A stretch of DNA of 64,000 nt, from contig JAAWGF010000001.1 in the NCBI GenBank assembly GCA_022795155.1, positions 74,826-138,825 of the forward strand, read 5' to 3'. The stretch comes from Bacilli bacterium. Its GTDB lineage: Bacteria > Bacillota_I > Bacilli_A > RF39 > UBA660. Below, in pieces: positions 47,873 through 58,433 of the stretch; position 1 is the stretch's first letter, and every line of letters begins with the position of its first letter. The notes beneath the pieces are model-generated. The model had not been told where the DNA came from, did no database searches, and saw nothing but the letters and a program-made list of their open reading frames with translations. The position numbers were made by a program, and so were the translations under genes.

Positions 47873-49309
47873 ATGAAATTACCAAATTTATTAGAGGCTA
47901 AAAAAAGAAGTAATGAAAAGGTATTAATAAAAACCAATGCTTATATTATAGAAAATAATTTAAAAGAATTAGGATTAGGCAAAAAGTATTATGTTAAGAC
48001 GTATGGATGTCAAATGAACGAGCACGATACTGAAAATATTAAAGCTATTTTAGAGGATATGAGTTTTAGTGAAGCTTTAGAGATGGAAAATGCTGATTTA
48101 ATATTATTAAATACTTGCGCTATTAGAGAAAATGCTCATAATAAGGTTTTTGGGATGATAGGTAGAATCAAAAATTTGAAGGAAAAAAATCCTAATTTGT
48201 TAATCGGTTTATGTGGTTGTATGGCTCAAGAAGAAATTGTTGTTAAAGAAATATTAGATAAATATCGTTTTTTAGATATTGTTTTTGGAACGCATAATAT
48301 TTATAATTTACCCAATATTATTGCTCAAACTTTAAAAAGTAAGAAAACAGAAATCGAAGTTTTAAGTTATGAAGGGGATATCGTTGAGAATATGCCTGTA
48401 AAAAGAGATAGTAAATATAAGGCTTGGGTTAATATTATGTATGGATGTGATAAATTTTGTACTTATTGTATTGTTCCATACACGAGAGGTAAGCAAAGAA
48501 GTAGAAGACCTGAGTATATTATTGATGAAGTTAAAAACTTAGTTAATAATGGTTATAAAGAAGTTACATTATTAGGACAAAATGTTAATGCCTATGGGAA
48601 AGATTTAGATATTAATTATAAAATGGAGAATTTATTGGAAGATGTTGCTAAGACGGGAATTGACCGTGTACGATTTGTAACGAGTCATCCTTGGGACTTT
48701 ACAGATAATATGATTGAAACGATAAAAAATTATCCTAATATTATGCCATACATTCATTTACCTTTACAATCAGGATCTAGTAAAATTTTAAAATTAATGG
48801 GTCGACGTTATACAAAAGAATCATATTTAGAATTATATAATAAAATAAAAGAAAATTTGCCATATAGTTCAATTACAACTGATATTATTGTTGGTTTTCC
48901 TGGTGAAACTGAAGAAGATTTTTTAGAAACATTAGAAGTTGTTAAGGCTTGTAAATTTGATTCAGCATTTACATTTATATTTTCCCCAAGGATTGGTACA
49001 CCAGCTGCTAAAATGGAAGATAATGTTTCACTTGAAGAAAAAAGTAATCGTTTGCAACGCTTAAATGATTTAGTTAATAAATTTTCAAAGGAAGCAAATG
49101 AAACATATTTAGAAAAGATAGTTCCAGTTTTAATTGAAGGTTATAGTGAAAAAGATAATAATAAATTAATGGGTTATACTGATACGATGAAATTAATTAA
49201 TGTAGTTGGCAATAAAACTAGTATTGGTAAAATTGTTAATGTCAAGGTTAAAGAAATTAAGACTTGGAGTATGGACGGTGAAATAGTAAATGATCGAGTT
49301 TCAATATAG
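47873..49309 (+). CDS. miaB: tRNA-2-methylthio-N6-dimethylallyladenosine synthase
   Basis: TYGCQMNEHD, NTCAIRENA, GCDKFCTYC radical-SAM motif, TRAM domain. Confidence 0.97.
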   Translation: MKLPNLLEAKKRSNEKVLIKTNAYIIENNLKELGLGKKYYVKTYGCQMNEHDTENIKAILEDMSFSEALEMENADLILLNTCAIRENAHNKVFGMIGRIKNLKEKNPNLLIGLCGCMAQEEIVVKEILDKYRFLDIVFGTHNIYNLPNIIAQTLKSKKTEIEVLSYEGDIVENMPVKRDSKYKAWVNIMYGCDKFCTYCIVPYTRGKQRSRRPEYIIDEVKNLVNNGYKEVTLLGQNVNAYGKDLDINYKMENLLEDVAKTGIDRVRFVTSHPWDFTDNMIETIKNYPNIMPYIHLPLQSGSSKILKLMGRRYTKESYLELYNKIKENLPYSSITTDIIVGFPGETEEDFLETLEVVKACKFDSAFTFIFSPRIGTPAAKMEDNVSLEEKSNRLQRLNDLVNKFSKEANETYLEKIVPVLIEGYSEKDNNKLMGYTDTMKLINVVGNKTSIGKIVNVKVKEIKTWSMDGEIVNDRVSI

Positions 49310-49796
49310 TTTAACTAAGAAAAAACACTTTAAAAGTTTATTAAGAGGTCAACTAAAAACGATATTAGTTTTTTTACTATTATTTACCTTTTGTTATTTT
49401 GCAATTAATATGGAGGCCTTTTTGTATAATTTCCCTTATAATACCCCTGTTGTCTTAATTACTTATGTTATATATTTGTTTATTATTTTTGTAATTATGT
49501 TTTTAATAAGTCTTATTTATTCATTAGTGATAATTATTATGTTTAAAAAAAATATGGCTTATCGTACTTATGAATATAAAATAAATGATAATAAATTAGT
49601 TGAAGAGAAAACCAAGTTTGTTCTTGATTTAAAAGAAATTAAAAATATTAAAATAACAAAAAAAGTGATTAAGCTATTTTCTTTTAGATTAAAACAAATA
49701 ATAACTTTTGAACGGGCATATTTTGATAATTATGATGATTTTAATAGGCTTAAAGAATTGTTTAAAAAAAGGAAGGATAATTTGGAGGTCATATGA
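49290..49796 (+). CDS. Two-TM membrane protein (YcxB-like C-terminal domain possible)
   Basis: Two TM helices followed by a short beta-rich domain. Confidence 0.5.
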   Translation: MIEFQYSLTKKKHFKSLLRGQLKTILVFLLLFTFCYFAINMEAFLYNFPYNTPVVLITYVIYLFIIFVIMFLISLIYSLVIIIMFKKNMAYRTYEYKINDNKLVEEKTKFVLDLKEIKNIKITKKVIKLFSFRLKQIITFERAYFDNYDDFNRLKELFKKRKDNLEVI

Positions 49797-50656
49797 AAAA
49801 GTTTTTAACGTTTATTAGTATTTTATTTGTTTTATTACCAATTCGTACTTTAGCAACTTCGGGTTTTTTAAGAAAAGACACAATAAAGGAATGTGAAGGT
49901 AATTTGTATGGGCAACATGGTAGTGATAATCACTGGCATATAGCAATTAAAAATGAAAATGGTAGTTATAGTGCTACAGGTGATGTTCTTCCAAATAATC
50001 CATGTCCTTTAAATGACGAAAATAATACGAATAGTTCAAATATTGATGATAAAACAGTAGCTATTTCACAAAATAGTGATAGCTCCTTAAAAGTAATAAT
50101 AATTGGAAATGAGAAAATTGATATTAAAGAAACAATGGAGTATAAGACAACAAAAGAAAAAATAGCATTAAATATTGTGGCAAATAATGAAAATGCTAAA
50201 GTAGAATACAATAAAATAGATAATTTGAAATTAGGGAATAATATTGTAAATATTAAAGTAACCGCAATAGATGGTAATATAACAAAATATATTTTAATTA
50301 TTGTTCGTGAAAAGGCTTTAGATACAAATACAGGTATCGAAGTAAAAATTGCTGGTGAAACTGTAGAATTTGCTGATTATAAATATAATTTAGAGGTAAA
50401 GAATAGTACTAATTCTTTAGATATAGATTATACTTTGGATAGCGAAAGTTCTAAAGTTATTATTGAAGGGAATGAAAGATTTGTAACTGGTAAAAATGAA
50501 GTTAAAATTATTGTAACAGCTGAGGATGGAACTAAGCAAGAATATATTATTATTGTTACTAAATTAGATTTGTTCAATAGTATTATTAAAATAATTTTAG
50601 GTAGTAGTGTAGTTGTCGCAATTATCGCTTTTATAAAAAAAATATTTAGTAAGTAA
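49793..50656 (+). CDS. Surface protein with cadherin-like beta-sandwich repeats and a His-rich N-terminal motif
   Basis: Signal peptide, YGQHGSDNHWH, two repeats ending I.VTA.DG....Y.I.V, C-terminal TM. Confidence 0.7.
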   Translation: MKKFLTFISILFVLLPIRTLATSGFLRKDTIKECEGNLYGQHGSDNHWHIAIKNENGSYSATGDVLPNNPCPLNDENNTNSSNIDDKTVAISQNSDSSLKVIIIGNEKIDIKETMEYKTTKEKIALNIVANNENAKVEYNKIDNLKLGNNIVNIKVTAIDGNITKYILIIVREKALDTNTGIEVKIAGETVEFADYKYNLEVKNSTNSLDIDYTLDSESSKVIIEGNERFVTGKNEVKIIVTAEDGTKQEYIIIVTKLDLFNSIIKIILGSSVVVAIIAFIKKIFSK

Positions 50657-50670
50657 TGTGGTTTTAATAA

Positions 50671-52494
50671 ATGCAAAAGAAAATTAATTTTAAAAAAATA
50701 GTTTTATGTTTAATATATATGATGACTATATTATTAACACTATTGTTTTTATATAAAACGAAATTATATGGTTATTTATATCAATTACCTAGTTTTAATA
50801 TTTCATTTATTATAATAATAACAAGTTTTGTAGTGTATATACTTAACAAAGATATTTTTAAATTTGTAAATAAGAAAAATGCTTTATTGTTTTTAATTCT
50901 TGCTTTTTTATTTTTATTTATGTTACCTATAAATGAACTGTATACTTTGTTTTTTAGAAATGGAAGTATTTTGGAATTATTATATTATATTTTATATATT
51001 TTGTTATTAGTAATATCTATTATTATTTGTTTGATAAAAGTTTTTGCATTTAAGTTATCTAACCAAGATAGTGATTTCAAAAAAATTATTAAGATAATAA
51101 ATGTAATTTTTATTATAGTACTAGCAATTTATCTTTTTTCTTCTACAACTGGTTATTATGATGAAGATTTTCCAACAATATGGGAACAAAATATAAATGG
51201 GATATCTAATATTCATACTTTTGCTTATACAATTTTAATTATTGTTTTAAAATATATTTTTAATAATCCATATTTTATAATTGTTGTGCAAGTATTATTG
51301 TGGTTGTTTGCTTTAAATTATTCATTAAGGATTTTAGTTAGGGAAACAAAAAGTAAAAAAGTTTTAATAATTTTTTCAATAATCCAACTATTACTTTTAG
51401 TTGGATTTAAACAGACTGTTTTTTTGTGGAAAGATTCTTTATTTTCAATAGCGCTTTATATAATAGTACTTTCAATTATTGATTGTCTTTCACTTAAAAG
51501 TATATTTAAAAATCATACTATTATTTTTACTATTTTTGGAATAATTGTGTCTAATTTTCGAGCCTTTGGTTGGTTATTGATTTTGTTATTCGCTATGATT
51601 TCATTATTAGTTTTTTATAAGAATAAATATTTTAGTAAAATAATTGTTTTTTGTGGAACAATTAGTGTTTTATCATATTTTATTTTAAATTTTATATGTT
51701 TATCTTTTTTTGATGGTGTCAAGATTTCAAAAAATACCCAATATACAGTTCCTATATACCAGATTGGCTATTTTATAAATAATGGTTATGATTTTAACAA
51801 TTCAGAAATAGCTTATTTTGAAACATTATATCCAATTGAAGTATGGAAAAATAATTTTGTATTAAATGATGGTGATGCCCTTGCTAGAGCATGGAGAATT
51901 CCTAATGATTATATAGATAATTTTTTAACTTTTAAATATCCAAAAACATTATTAATTAATATGCGATTATTCTTAAGTAAACCTATTGTGTATTTAAAAT
52001 CATTAACTGGCTTATCTAATGTTTTATGGAGAATATCTGATGATAATTATAAAGTTAATTTTAATAGGTTAGATAGTTCTAATAAATTTAAAGGCAATGA
52101 ATTTTTTGCAACATATTTAGTCCCCTTTATTGGTAAAGATGGTAGTAATTTTAGTTTTAAAGAAAATTACCTATTTACAAAAGTTATTAATAAAATTGAA
52201 AATATATTATTTTATAATAGTTTATTATTTAATATTAAAAGTAGAGGTGGCTTTGCTCTTTATATTTTAATAATTTCAGCTATATTATTTATATATAAAA
52301 GGGAAGAAAAATATGTTTTGGCCATAGTACCATTATTATTATGGTTAGGAATGCTATTTATTTCGATTCCGAGGAGTTTAACACGATATATCATTATTTT
52401 TATAATAAGTTTTCCAATTATTTTTTTATTAGCGTTATGTAAAGATAATAGAATTAATTTAGAAGGAAAATTGAAAGAAAAAAAGAAGGTGTGA
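50671..52494 (+). CDS. Polytopic membrane protein, DUF6020/GT-C-like
   Basis: YYDED in loop, HT.AYT, WKDSLFS, YTVPIYQIG, terminal RY; about 13 TMs. Confidence 0.5.
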   Translation: MQKKINFKKIVLCLIYMMTILLTLLFLYKTKLYGYLYQLPSFNISFIIIITSFVVYILNKDIFKFVNKKNALLFLILAFLFLFMLPINELYTLFFRNGSILELLYYILYILLLVISIIICLIKVFAFKLSNQDSDFKKIIKIINVIFIIVLAIYLFSSTTGYYDEDFPTIWEQNINGISNIHTFAYTILIIVLKYIFNNPYFIIVVQVLLWLFALNYSLRILVRETKSKKVLIIFSIIQLLLLVGFKQTVFLWKDSLFSIALYIIVLSIIDCLSLKSIFKNHTIIFTIFGIIVSNFRAFGWLLILLFAMISLLVFYKNKYFSKIIVFCGTISVLSYFILNFICLSFFDGVKISKNTQYTVPIYQIGYFINNGYDFNNSEIAYFETLYPIEVWKNNFVLNDGDALARAWRIPNDYIDNFLTFKYPKTLLINMRLFLSKPIVYLKSLTGLSNVLWRISDDNYKVNFNRLDSSNKFKGNEFFATYLVPFIGKDGSNFSFKENYLFTKVINKIENILFYNSLLFNIKSRGGFALYILIISAILFIYKREEKYVLAIVPLLLWLGMLFISIPRSLTRYIIIFIISFPIIFLLALCKDNRINLEGKLKEKKKV

Positions 52495-52502
52495 CTTCTT
52501 TT

Positions 52503-53003
52503 TTACAATGATTCGATTTTTTGTTTAATCGTAATTTCTTTTTCTAATTCTATTTGATGGTATTTAACACCACATTCATCAAACATTCGTTTAGCAGCGA
52601 TTGTGCTATCAGTATTAGCATATTTATCAGATTCATATATGACTTCTTTAATACCAGATTGAATAATTAATTTGGCACATTCATTACATGGAAATAGGGT
52701 AACATATATTTTTGACCCTTTAAAAGCATCTTTATTTCCTTGATAATTTGTAACGGCGTTTAATTCGGCATGGCAAACATACGGATATTTCGTCTTAAGT
52801 GGTTCTCCCTCTCTATCCCAAGGGAAAATATCATCATCAAATCCAATTGGTGTTCCATTATAGCCAATTGATAATATACGGTTATCATTGTCAACAATAC
52901 AAGCACCAACTTGAGTATTAGGATCTTTACTTCGCATAGCTGATAATGCAGCTAAATTCATAAAATATTCGTTCCAAGTCAAATAATTTTCTCGTTTTTT
53001 CAT
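52503..53003 (-). CDS. dCMP deaminase
   Basis: [33 protein letters not shown]; GAGGTG RBS before ATG 53003. Confidence 0.95.
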   Translation of the reverse strand: MKKRENYLTWNEYFMNLAALSAMRSKDPNTQVGACIVDNDNRILSIGYNGTPIGFDDDIFPWDREGEPLKTKYPYVCHAELNAVTNYQGNKDAFKGSKIYVTLFPCNECAKLIIQSGIKEVIYESDKYANTDSTIAAKRMFDECGVKYHQIELEKEITIKQKIESL

Positions 53004-53228
53004 TTTTAACACCTCATATAGAGTATAACATTAAAATTTTTAAATTCCTATAACTTTTTAGAAAAAATATGGGAAATAATGTTATTAAATGTTATATTTA
53101 TTGACAGATACTAAATAAATGATATAATTATTTATGTTATTTTAAAGGAATTTTTAATTTTTTGTTTTATAATATAAATAGATAGAAATTTTTTAATTTT
53201 ATATAATACAATTAAGAGGAGGTTTAAA

Positions 53229-55538
53229 ATGTTACAGATAAAAAATGTAAAAAAAAGCTATACGACAGGAGACTTTACCCAACATGCTTTAAAAGGTGTT
53301 AGTCTTGATTTTCGTAAAAATGAATTTGTTGCAATCCTAGGTCCATCAGGAAGTGGTAAGACAACGTTACTTAACATAATTGGTGGTTTAGATCGTTATG
53401 ATGCTGGTGATTTGATTATTAATAATAAATCGACTAAAAAATTTAAAGATACGGAATGGGATGCTTATCGTAATAACTGTATTGGTTTTATTTTCCAAAG
53501 CTATAATTTAATAAGTCATATTAGTGTTTTAGAAAACGTTGAAATGGGTATGACTTTAAGTGGCGTAAGTTTATCTAAAAGAAAGAAAAAAGCACTAGAG
53601 GTTTTAGATAGAGTTGGCTTAAGAGAACATGCCCATAAAAAACCAAATCAATTATCGGGTGGTCAAATGCAAAGGGTTGCAATTGCTAGAGCCTTAGCTA
53701 ATGATCCTGATATTATTTTGGCTGATGAGCCAACAGGAGCGCTCGATTCTAAAACTAGTGTTCAAATTATGGAACTTATAACGGAAATTGCCAAAGATAA
53801 ATTAGTAATTATGGTTACACATAATCCTGATTTAGCGAAAGAATATGCAACAAGAATTATTGAACTAAAAGATGGAGAACTTATTAGTGATTCTAATCCA
53901 ATTAAGGATGAAGAAAAAAGTAAGAAAAAGTTTAATATTAAAAAAACGGCAATGAGCTTTTTGACAGCCCTAAATTTGTCATTTAATAATATTAAGACAA
54001 AAAAGGGAAGAACCTTTATAACAGCTTTTGCGTCTAGCATTGGTATTATTGGTATTGCCCTTATTTTAGCTCTATCTAATGGCTTTGATATTCAAATTGA
54101 TAAATTTGAACGTGATACTTTGTCATCGATGCCAATTATGATATCAAGTCAAGCAATGGAAATGAATGAAGAAAATATGGAGAATATGCATAATATGATG
54201 GTGCCAACAGGAGCTGATGCTTATTCTGATGAAAAATATGTATATCCACAAAAACCGATGACAGAAACGATTTTACATAAAAATGATATTACAAATGGGT
54301 ATGTTGATTATATTGAAAAAATTGATAATGATTTAATATCAGGAATTTCTTATAATCGAGCTACTAGTTTAAATATTATTGGTAATGTTAATGGTACTTA
54401 TAAGCCAATAGTTGATCAAACTTTTTTTGCCTCTATTCCAAAAAAGTTAGATGAAACATCAACTAGTGGTGTAATTGAAGATAATTATGATATTTTGGCT
54501 GGAACGATTCCTAGTAATAAAAATGAATTGATTTTAATTGTTGATAGTAAAAATCGTATATCAACAGAAATATTAAATTATTTTAATTTAGATATTGAAC
54601 AAGAAAAAATTGATTTTGAAAAGATTATTGGATGTGAATTAAAATTAATTTTAAATAATAATTATTACCGTTCATTAGGTGAATACTATACTTTAAATAC
54701 TAACTATGAAGAATTATATAATAGTAATTCAGCTGAAACTTTAAAAATTGTTGGAATTGCTCGCGGTAAAGAAGGAAATATGTTGGTAGCTAATGGAAAT
54801 GGTATTGGTTATACAGAAGAGTTAGTAGAGTTTGTTATTGATAATAATAAAAATTCAGATATTGTTAAAAAACAACAAGAAGTTGATTATAATATTTTAA
54901 CAGGGGAAAAATTTGATAATGATAATGAAACATCAACTAAGGATATGATTTTATCTTATTTAGGAGCAGATTCTATTCCAATGTTAATTAGCGTTTATCC
55001 TAAAGATTTTGAATCTAAGGATCAAATTATTTCTTATTTAGATGATTATAATGAAAATAAAAGTGATGAAGAAAAAATTTTATATACAGATATGGGTTCA
55101 ATGATTTCGACATTATCAGGGGGCATTATGGATGCGATTACCGTTGTTTTAATTGCTTTCTCTTCTATATCGTTAGTTGTCTCATCAATCATGATTGGAA
55201 TTATAACTTATATTTCTGTTTTGGAAAGAACAAAGGAAATTGGTGTTTTAAGAGCTTTAGGGGCGAGAAAAAAGGATATAAGGCGTGTATTTAATGCGGA
55301 AACATTTATTATAGGAATTTGTTCTGGAGCATTAGGTATTATAATTGCTAGATTATTGGTTTTCCCAGCTAATGCGATTATTGAAAATTTAACTGATTTA
55401 GCTGATGTTGCTAAATTAAATCCATTGCATGCTCTTATGCTTGTCGCAATTAGCGTGTTACTTACAGTAATTGGCGGTTATATACCTGCTAAAGTAGCAA
55501 GTAAAAAAGATCCTGTTGAATCTTTAAGAAGCGAATAA
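53229..55538 (+). CDS. MacB-like fused ABC ATPase/permease
   Basis: GPSGSGKTT, LSGGQMQR, ILADEPTG; FtsX-type C-terminus ERTKEIGVLRALGA. Confidence 0.92.
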   Translation: MLQIKNVKKSYTTGDFTQHALKGVSLDFRKNEFVAILGPSGSGKTTLLNIIGGLDRYDAGDLIINNKSTKKFKDTEWDAYRNNCIGFIFQSYNLISHISVLENVEMGMTLSGVSLSKRKKKALEVLDRVGLREHAHKKPNQLSGGQMQRVAIARALANDPDIILADEPTGALDSKTSVQIMELITEIAKDKLVIMVTHNPDLAKEYATRIIELKDGELISDSNPIKDEEKSKKKFNIKKTAMSFLTALNLSFNNIKTKKGRTFITAFASSIGIIGIALILALSNGFDIQIDKFERDTLSSMPIMISSQAMEMNEENMENMHNMMVPTGADAYSDEKYVYPQKPMTETILHKNDITNGYVDYIEKIDNDLISGISYNRATSLNIIGNVNGTYKPIVDQTFFASIPKKLDETSTSGVIEDNYDILAGTIPSNKNELILIVDSKNRISTEILNYFNLDIEQEKIDFEKIIGCELKLILNNNYYRSLGEYYTLNTNYEELYNSNSAETLKIVGIARGKEGNMLVANGNGIGYTEELVEFVIDNNKNSDIVKKQQEVDYNILTGEKFDNDNETSTKDMILSYLGADSIPMLISVYPKDFESKDQIISYLDDYNENKSDEEKILYTDMGSMISTLSGGIMDAITVVLIAFSSISLVVSSIMIGIITYISVLERTKEIGVLRALGARKKDIRRVFNAETFIIGICSGALGIIIARLLVFPANAIIENLTDLADVAKLNPLHALMLVAISVLLTVIGGYIPAKVASKKDPVESLRSE

Positions 55539-55655
55539 ATTATAAAAACAATATATAAATTTTTATGTATTGTTTTTTGATTTATAGTAAAAAAAATTAT
55601 TCAAAATTCATAAAATGTGATATAATGTATTAGTGCGAGAGGTGAACTCTAAAGA

Positions 55656-56165
55656 ATGAAAAATGTGGTTGATAATAATGAATATATGTATTTAGTTAGT
55701 GATATATATAATAACCAAGAATTTAATAAGATAAAAAATATTGAGCATCATGGGGTAACGAGATTTGATCATTCCTTACGTGTTTCTTATTATTCTTATA
55801 AAGTAGCTAAGGTATTGCGATTGGATTATAAAGAAGTAGCAAGAGCAGGACTGTTGCATGATTTTTTTCTTAGTAGTGAAAATCGTGATAAAAAGGAAAG
55901 ATTTGTATCAGTCTTTAAGCATCCTAAAATTTGTGTTTTAAATTCTTTAATTAATTTTGAATTAACATCAAAGGAAATTGATATAATTAGAAGTCATATG
56001 TTTCCAATTAATCTTAAAATTCCTAAGTATGCTGAAAGTTGGGTAGTTAGTTTAGTAGATAAAGGTGTTGCTATATACGAGTTTTCTAAAAAATTATCTT
56101 ATAAATTTAAATTTAAATTTGTAACTAATATTTATGTTTTCTTTTTGATAAATTTTTTTAGTTAA
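55656..56165 (+). CDS. HD-domain phosphohydrolase
   Basis: HH..TR..HS, AGLLHDF, HP, SHMFP, DK. Confidence 0.85.
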   Translation: MKNVVDNNEYMYLVSDIYNNQEFNKIKNIEHHGVTRFDHSLRVSYYSYKVAKVLRLDYKEVARAGLLHDFFLSSENRDKKERFVSVFKHPKICVLNSLINFELTSKEIDIIRSHMFPINLKIPKYAESWVVSLVDKGVAIYEFSKKLSYKFKFKFVTNIYVFFLINFFS

Positions 56166-56177
56166 AATTTATCTTAT

Positions 56178-56254
56178 GTCCTCGTAGCTCAGTAGGATAG
56201 AGCGAGTGCCTCCTAAGCACTAGGCCGTTGGTTCGATTCCAATCGGGGACGCCA
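56178..56254 (+). tRNA. tRNA-Arg(CCT)
   Basis: Cloverleaf: acceptor GTCCTCG/CGGGGAC, D arm GCTC/GAGC, anticodon loop CTCCTAA, TTCGA T-loop, encoded CCA. Confidence 0.97.
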
Positions 56255-56342
56255 TTTATATAATAAAGACTAAAAGTCTTTTTTTGTTGCATATTTTTAT
56301 AATTAATATTATAATATAATTCATTAGATTGGGGTGTTTTTT

Positions 56343-57470
56343 ATGTTACAAAATATAAAAAGTACAAATAAGCTTAAACAAGCTATTAATAATATATTAA
56401 AAGAGGAATTAATATTATGTGATAACTTTGATACTTTGGTTGAAGCAGGCAAGATTGATATGGTGGCATTAAATAAAGTTCGCTTTATGAGTGGACATTT
56501 AAATTTATATAAAAATGAAATAGTTAAATTGACTAAAGAAGAAATTATGCAAAATCCATATTTAAGTAATATAAAAGTTCCAAATGTCTCATTAAATAGG
56601 TTTAGATTATCTAATGACAGACATATATATAATGGTACGGTTGCTAAATATGGATTTAAAACAAGAGATTTATTAACTATGAAACAACATAATTCTTATT
56701 TTGTTTGTGATAAAACTCTTCATTTGCCTTGTTTAGTAGAAAATAATAATAGCACTTGTTGGATGTCGGCTGAACCTTTTGAATTTAATTCCTTTAATAA
56801 ATTTATTAATGAAGCGAAGGGCAATGTTTTATTAATAGGATGTGGTATAGGCTATGTTGCCTATATGCTATCTAGAAAAGATGCTGTCAAAAGTATTACT
56901 ATTATTGATAGTAATGATGACGTGTTAGAATTGTTTTTTAATTATATACTTCCACAGTTTGAACATACAGAGAAGATTATGACTATAAATGGTGATGGAA
57001 TTGAATATTTAAAAGAAGGCAATTTAGATAAATATGATTATATAAATGTTGATATTTGGTATGATGTATATGATATGATTTATCCATATTTGGAATGTTT
57101 AGAAATAGAAAAAGCAAATCCAAATGTTCATTTTTCATATTGGTTAGAAGAAGAATTAAAAACGTGTATTCAAAAAAGTATTTTAGGTTCCATAGGTGAT
57201 TTTAAAAATACCAATTTTCTTACAGATAAGATTGGTGATGATATTGTCAAAAAATCTAAACCACATACTTATCAAGATATTTATAATTTAGTTAATATTC
57301 AAGATATAAGAAAATTTTTATATACCTGGTTTTTAAAGCATAAGAATGTGGTACAAGAATATAGGAAAAAAGATATGGATTTTATTGAAAATAATCAAAA
57401 AGCGTTAAACAATTTTTTCTCAAAATCTAATGGACATATGAAATCAAAGTTTATGAATGGTAAAAAATAA
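56343..57470 (+). CDS. Class I SAM-dependent methyltransferase-like (spermidine synthase-like) protein
   Basis: VLLIGCGIGY, SITIID, GDGIEY, YDYINVDIW. Confidence 0.6.
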   Translation: MLQNIKSTNKLKQAINNILKEELILCDNFDTLVEAGKIDMVALNKVRFMSGHLNLYKNEIVKLTKEEIMQNPYLSNIKVPNVSLNRFRLSNDRHIYNGTVAKYGFKTRDLLTMKQHNSYFVCDKTLHLPCLVENNNSTCWMSAEPFEFNSFNKFINEAKGNVLLIGCGIGYVAYMLSRKDAVKSITIIDSNDDVLELFFNYILPQFEHTEKIMTINGDGIEYLKEGNLDKYDYINVDIWYDVYDMIYPYLECLEIEKANPNVHFSYWLEEELKTCIQKSILGSIGDFKNTNFLTDKIGDDIVKKSKPHTYQDIYNLVNIQDIRKFLYTWFLKHKNVVQEYRKKDMDFIENNQKALNNFFSKSNGHMKSKFMNGKK

Positions 57471-57531
57471 TTATAGTATATAGTTAAACAATTATATCAA
57501 AAAACTTCTGAAATATCAGGAGTTTTAATTT

Positions 57532-58386
57532 TTAATAAATTTTTATTAATATTTTATGACGATTGCAACTTTCTTGCGAATATAGTTTATAATCGGGAAA
57601 ATTATTTAGAATATCTTTTTTGACGTGATTTAATATAGATGTTTTAGAAGCAATGTAATATGACGAACCACTACCTGATAGGGAATGTTGTAAATTTTTA
57701 TAATTAGTTAAGAGAAATTCTCTTAATTTTTTTAGTTCATCTGGCATGACATACATAAAATCATTATGAAGTATTTCAGGGTGATAAATTGTTTTAGATA
57801 ATTTTATTTCATCTAATTTCTGAAACATTTCCTTAGTATTCATCGGAAAGTTTGGTTTAATTATTAAATAGTATTTATACGGGTTTTTATCATTTATAGG
57901 CTTTACTTTTTCTCCACAACCTTGAACACTAGCATATCCACCAGTAATAAAGTAAGGAACATCTGAACCAATTTGGGACGCTAAAAAAATTAATTCATCT
58001 TTACTTAGTTTTTGATACAATTTATTTAATCCTAATAAAACCCCCGCTGCATCGGTTGATTCTCCACTCAGTCCAGCCATATTAGGGATATTTTTGTCAA
58101 TTTTTATATTTATTCCTTCTATAGGTTCGTTTATATATTCATAAAATTTTTGACAAGCTTGATAAGTACTATTAGTATGGTCTTTAGGAATATCACTATT
58201 AGTGATGATATTTATACCTTTAGTGTGATAATCTTTTTTGATAGTGATTTTATCATATAAATTAATAGTTTGATTAATTAAATTAATATTGTGTAATTTT
58301 TTCTTTTCATTAAAATCTCCAACCGTTAAAAATAAATTAACTTTTGCTGGACAAGAAACTTGAATTTCTTTTATAATGTTTCTCAT
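57532..58386 (-). CDS. ispE: IspE-like GHMP kinase
   Basis: PAKVNLFL, IP..AGL.G.S.DAA, IGSDVPYF, GCGE, LSGSG. Confidence 0.75.
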   Translation of the reverse strand: MRNIIKEIQVSCPAKVNLFLTVGDFNEKKKLHNINLINQTINLYDKITIKKDYHTKGINIITNSDIPKDHTNSTYQACQKFYEYINEPIEGINIKIDKNIPNMAGLSGESTDAAGVLLGLNKLYQKLSKDELIFLASQIGSDVPYFITGGYASVQGCGEKVKPINDKNPYKYYLIIKPNFPMNTKEMFQKLDEIKLSKTIYHPEILHNDFMYVMPDELKKLREFLLTNYKNLQHSLSGSGSSYYIASKTSILNHVKKDILNNFPDYKLYSQESCNRHKILIKIY

Positions 58387-58433
58387 AAGTGAACTCCTCC
58401 ATAATGTTAATTGTAATACTTTTATGTTTAATA

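Noticed and set aside
29439-54040. Other antisense or alternative-frame ORFs (29439, 35454, 35986, 40806, 47002, 49966, 50428, 53762)
   Set aside because: Lie within or across supported CDSs; no independent signals.
56178-56254. Prophage or genomic island at tRNA-Arg
   Set aside because: No duplicated tRNA 3' end, integrase or phage genes seen.
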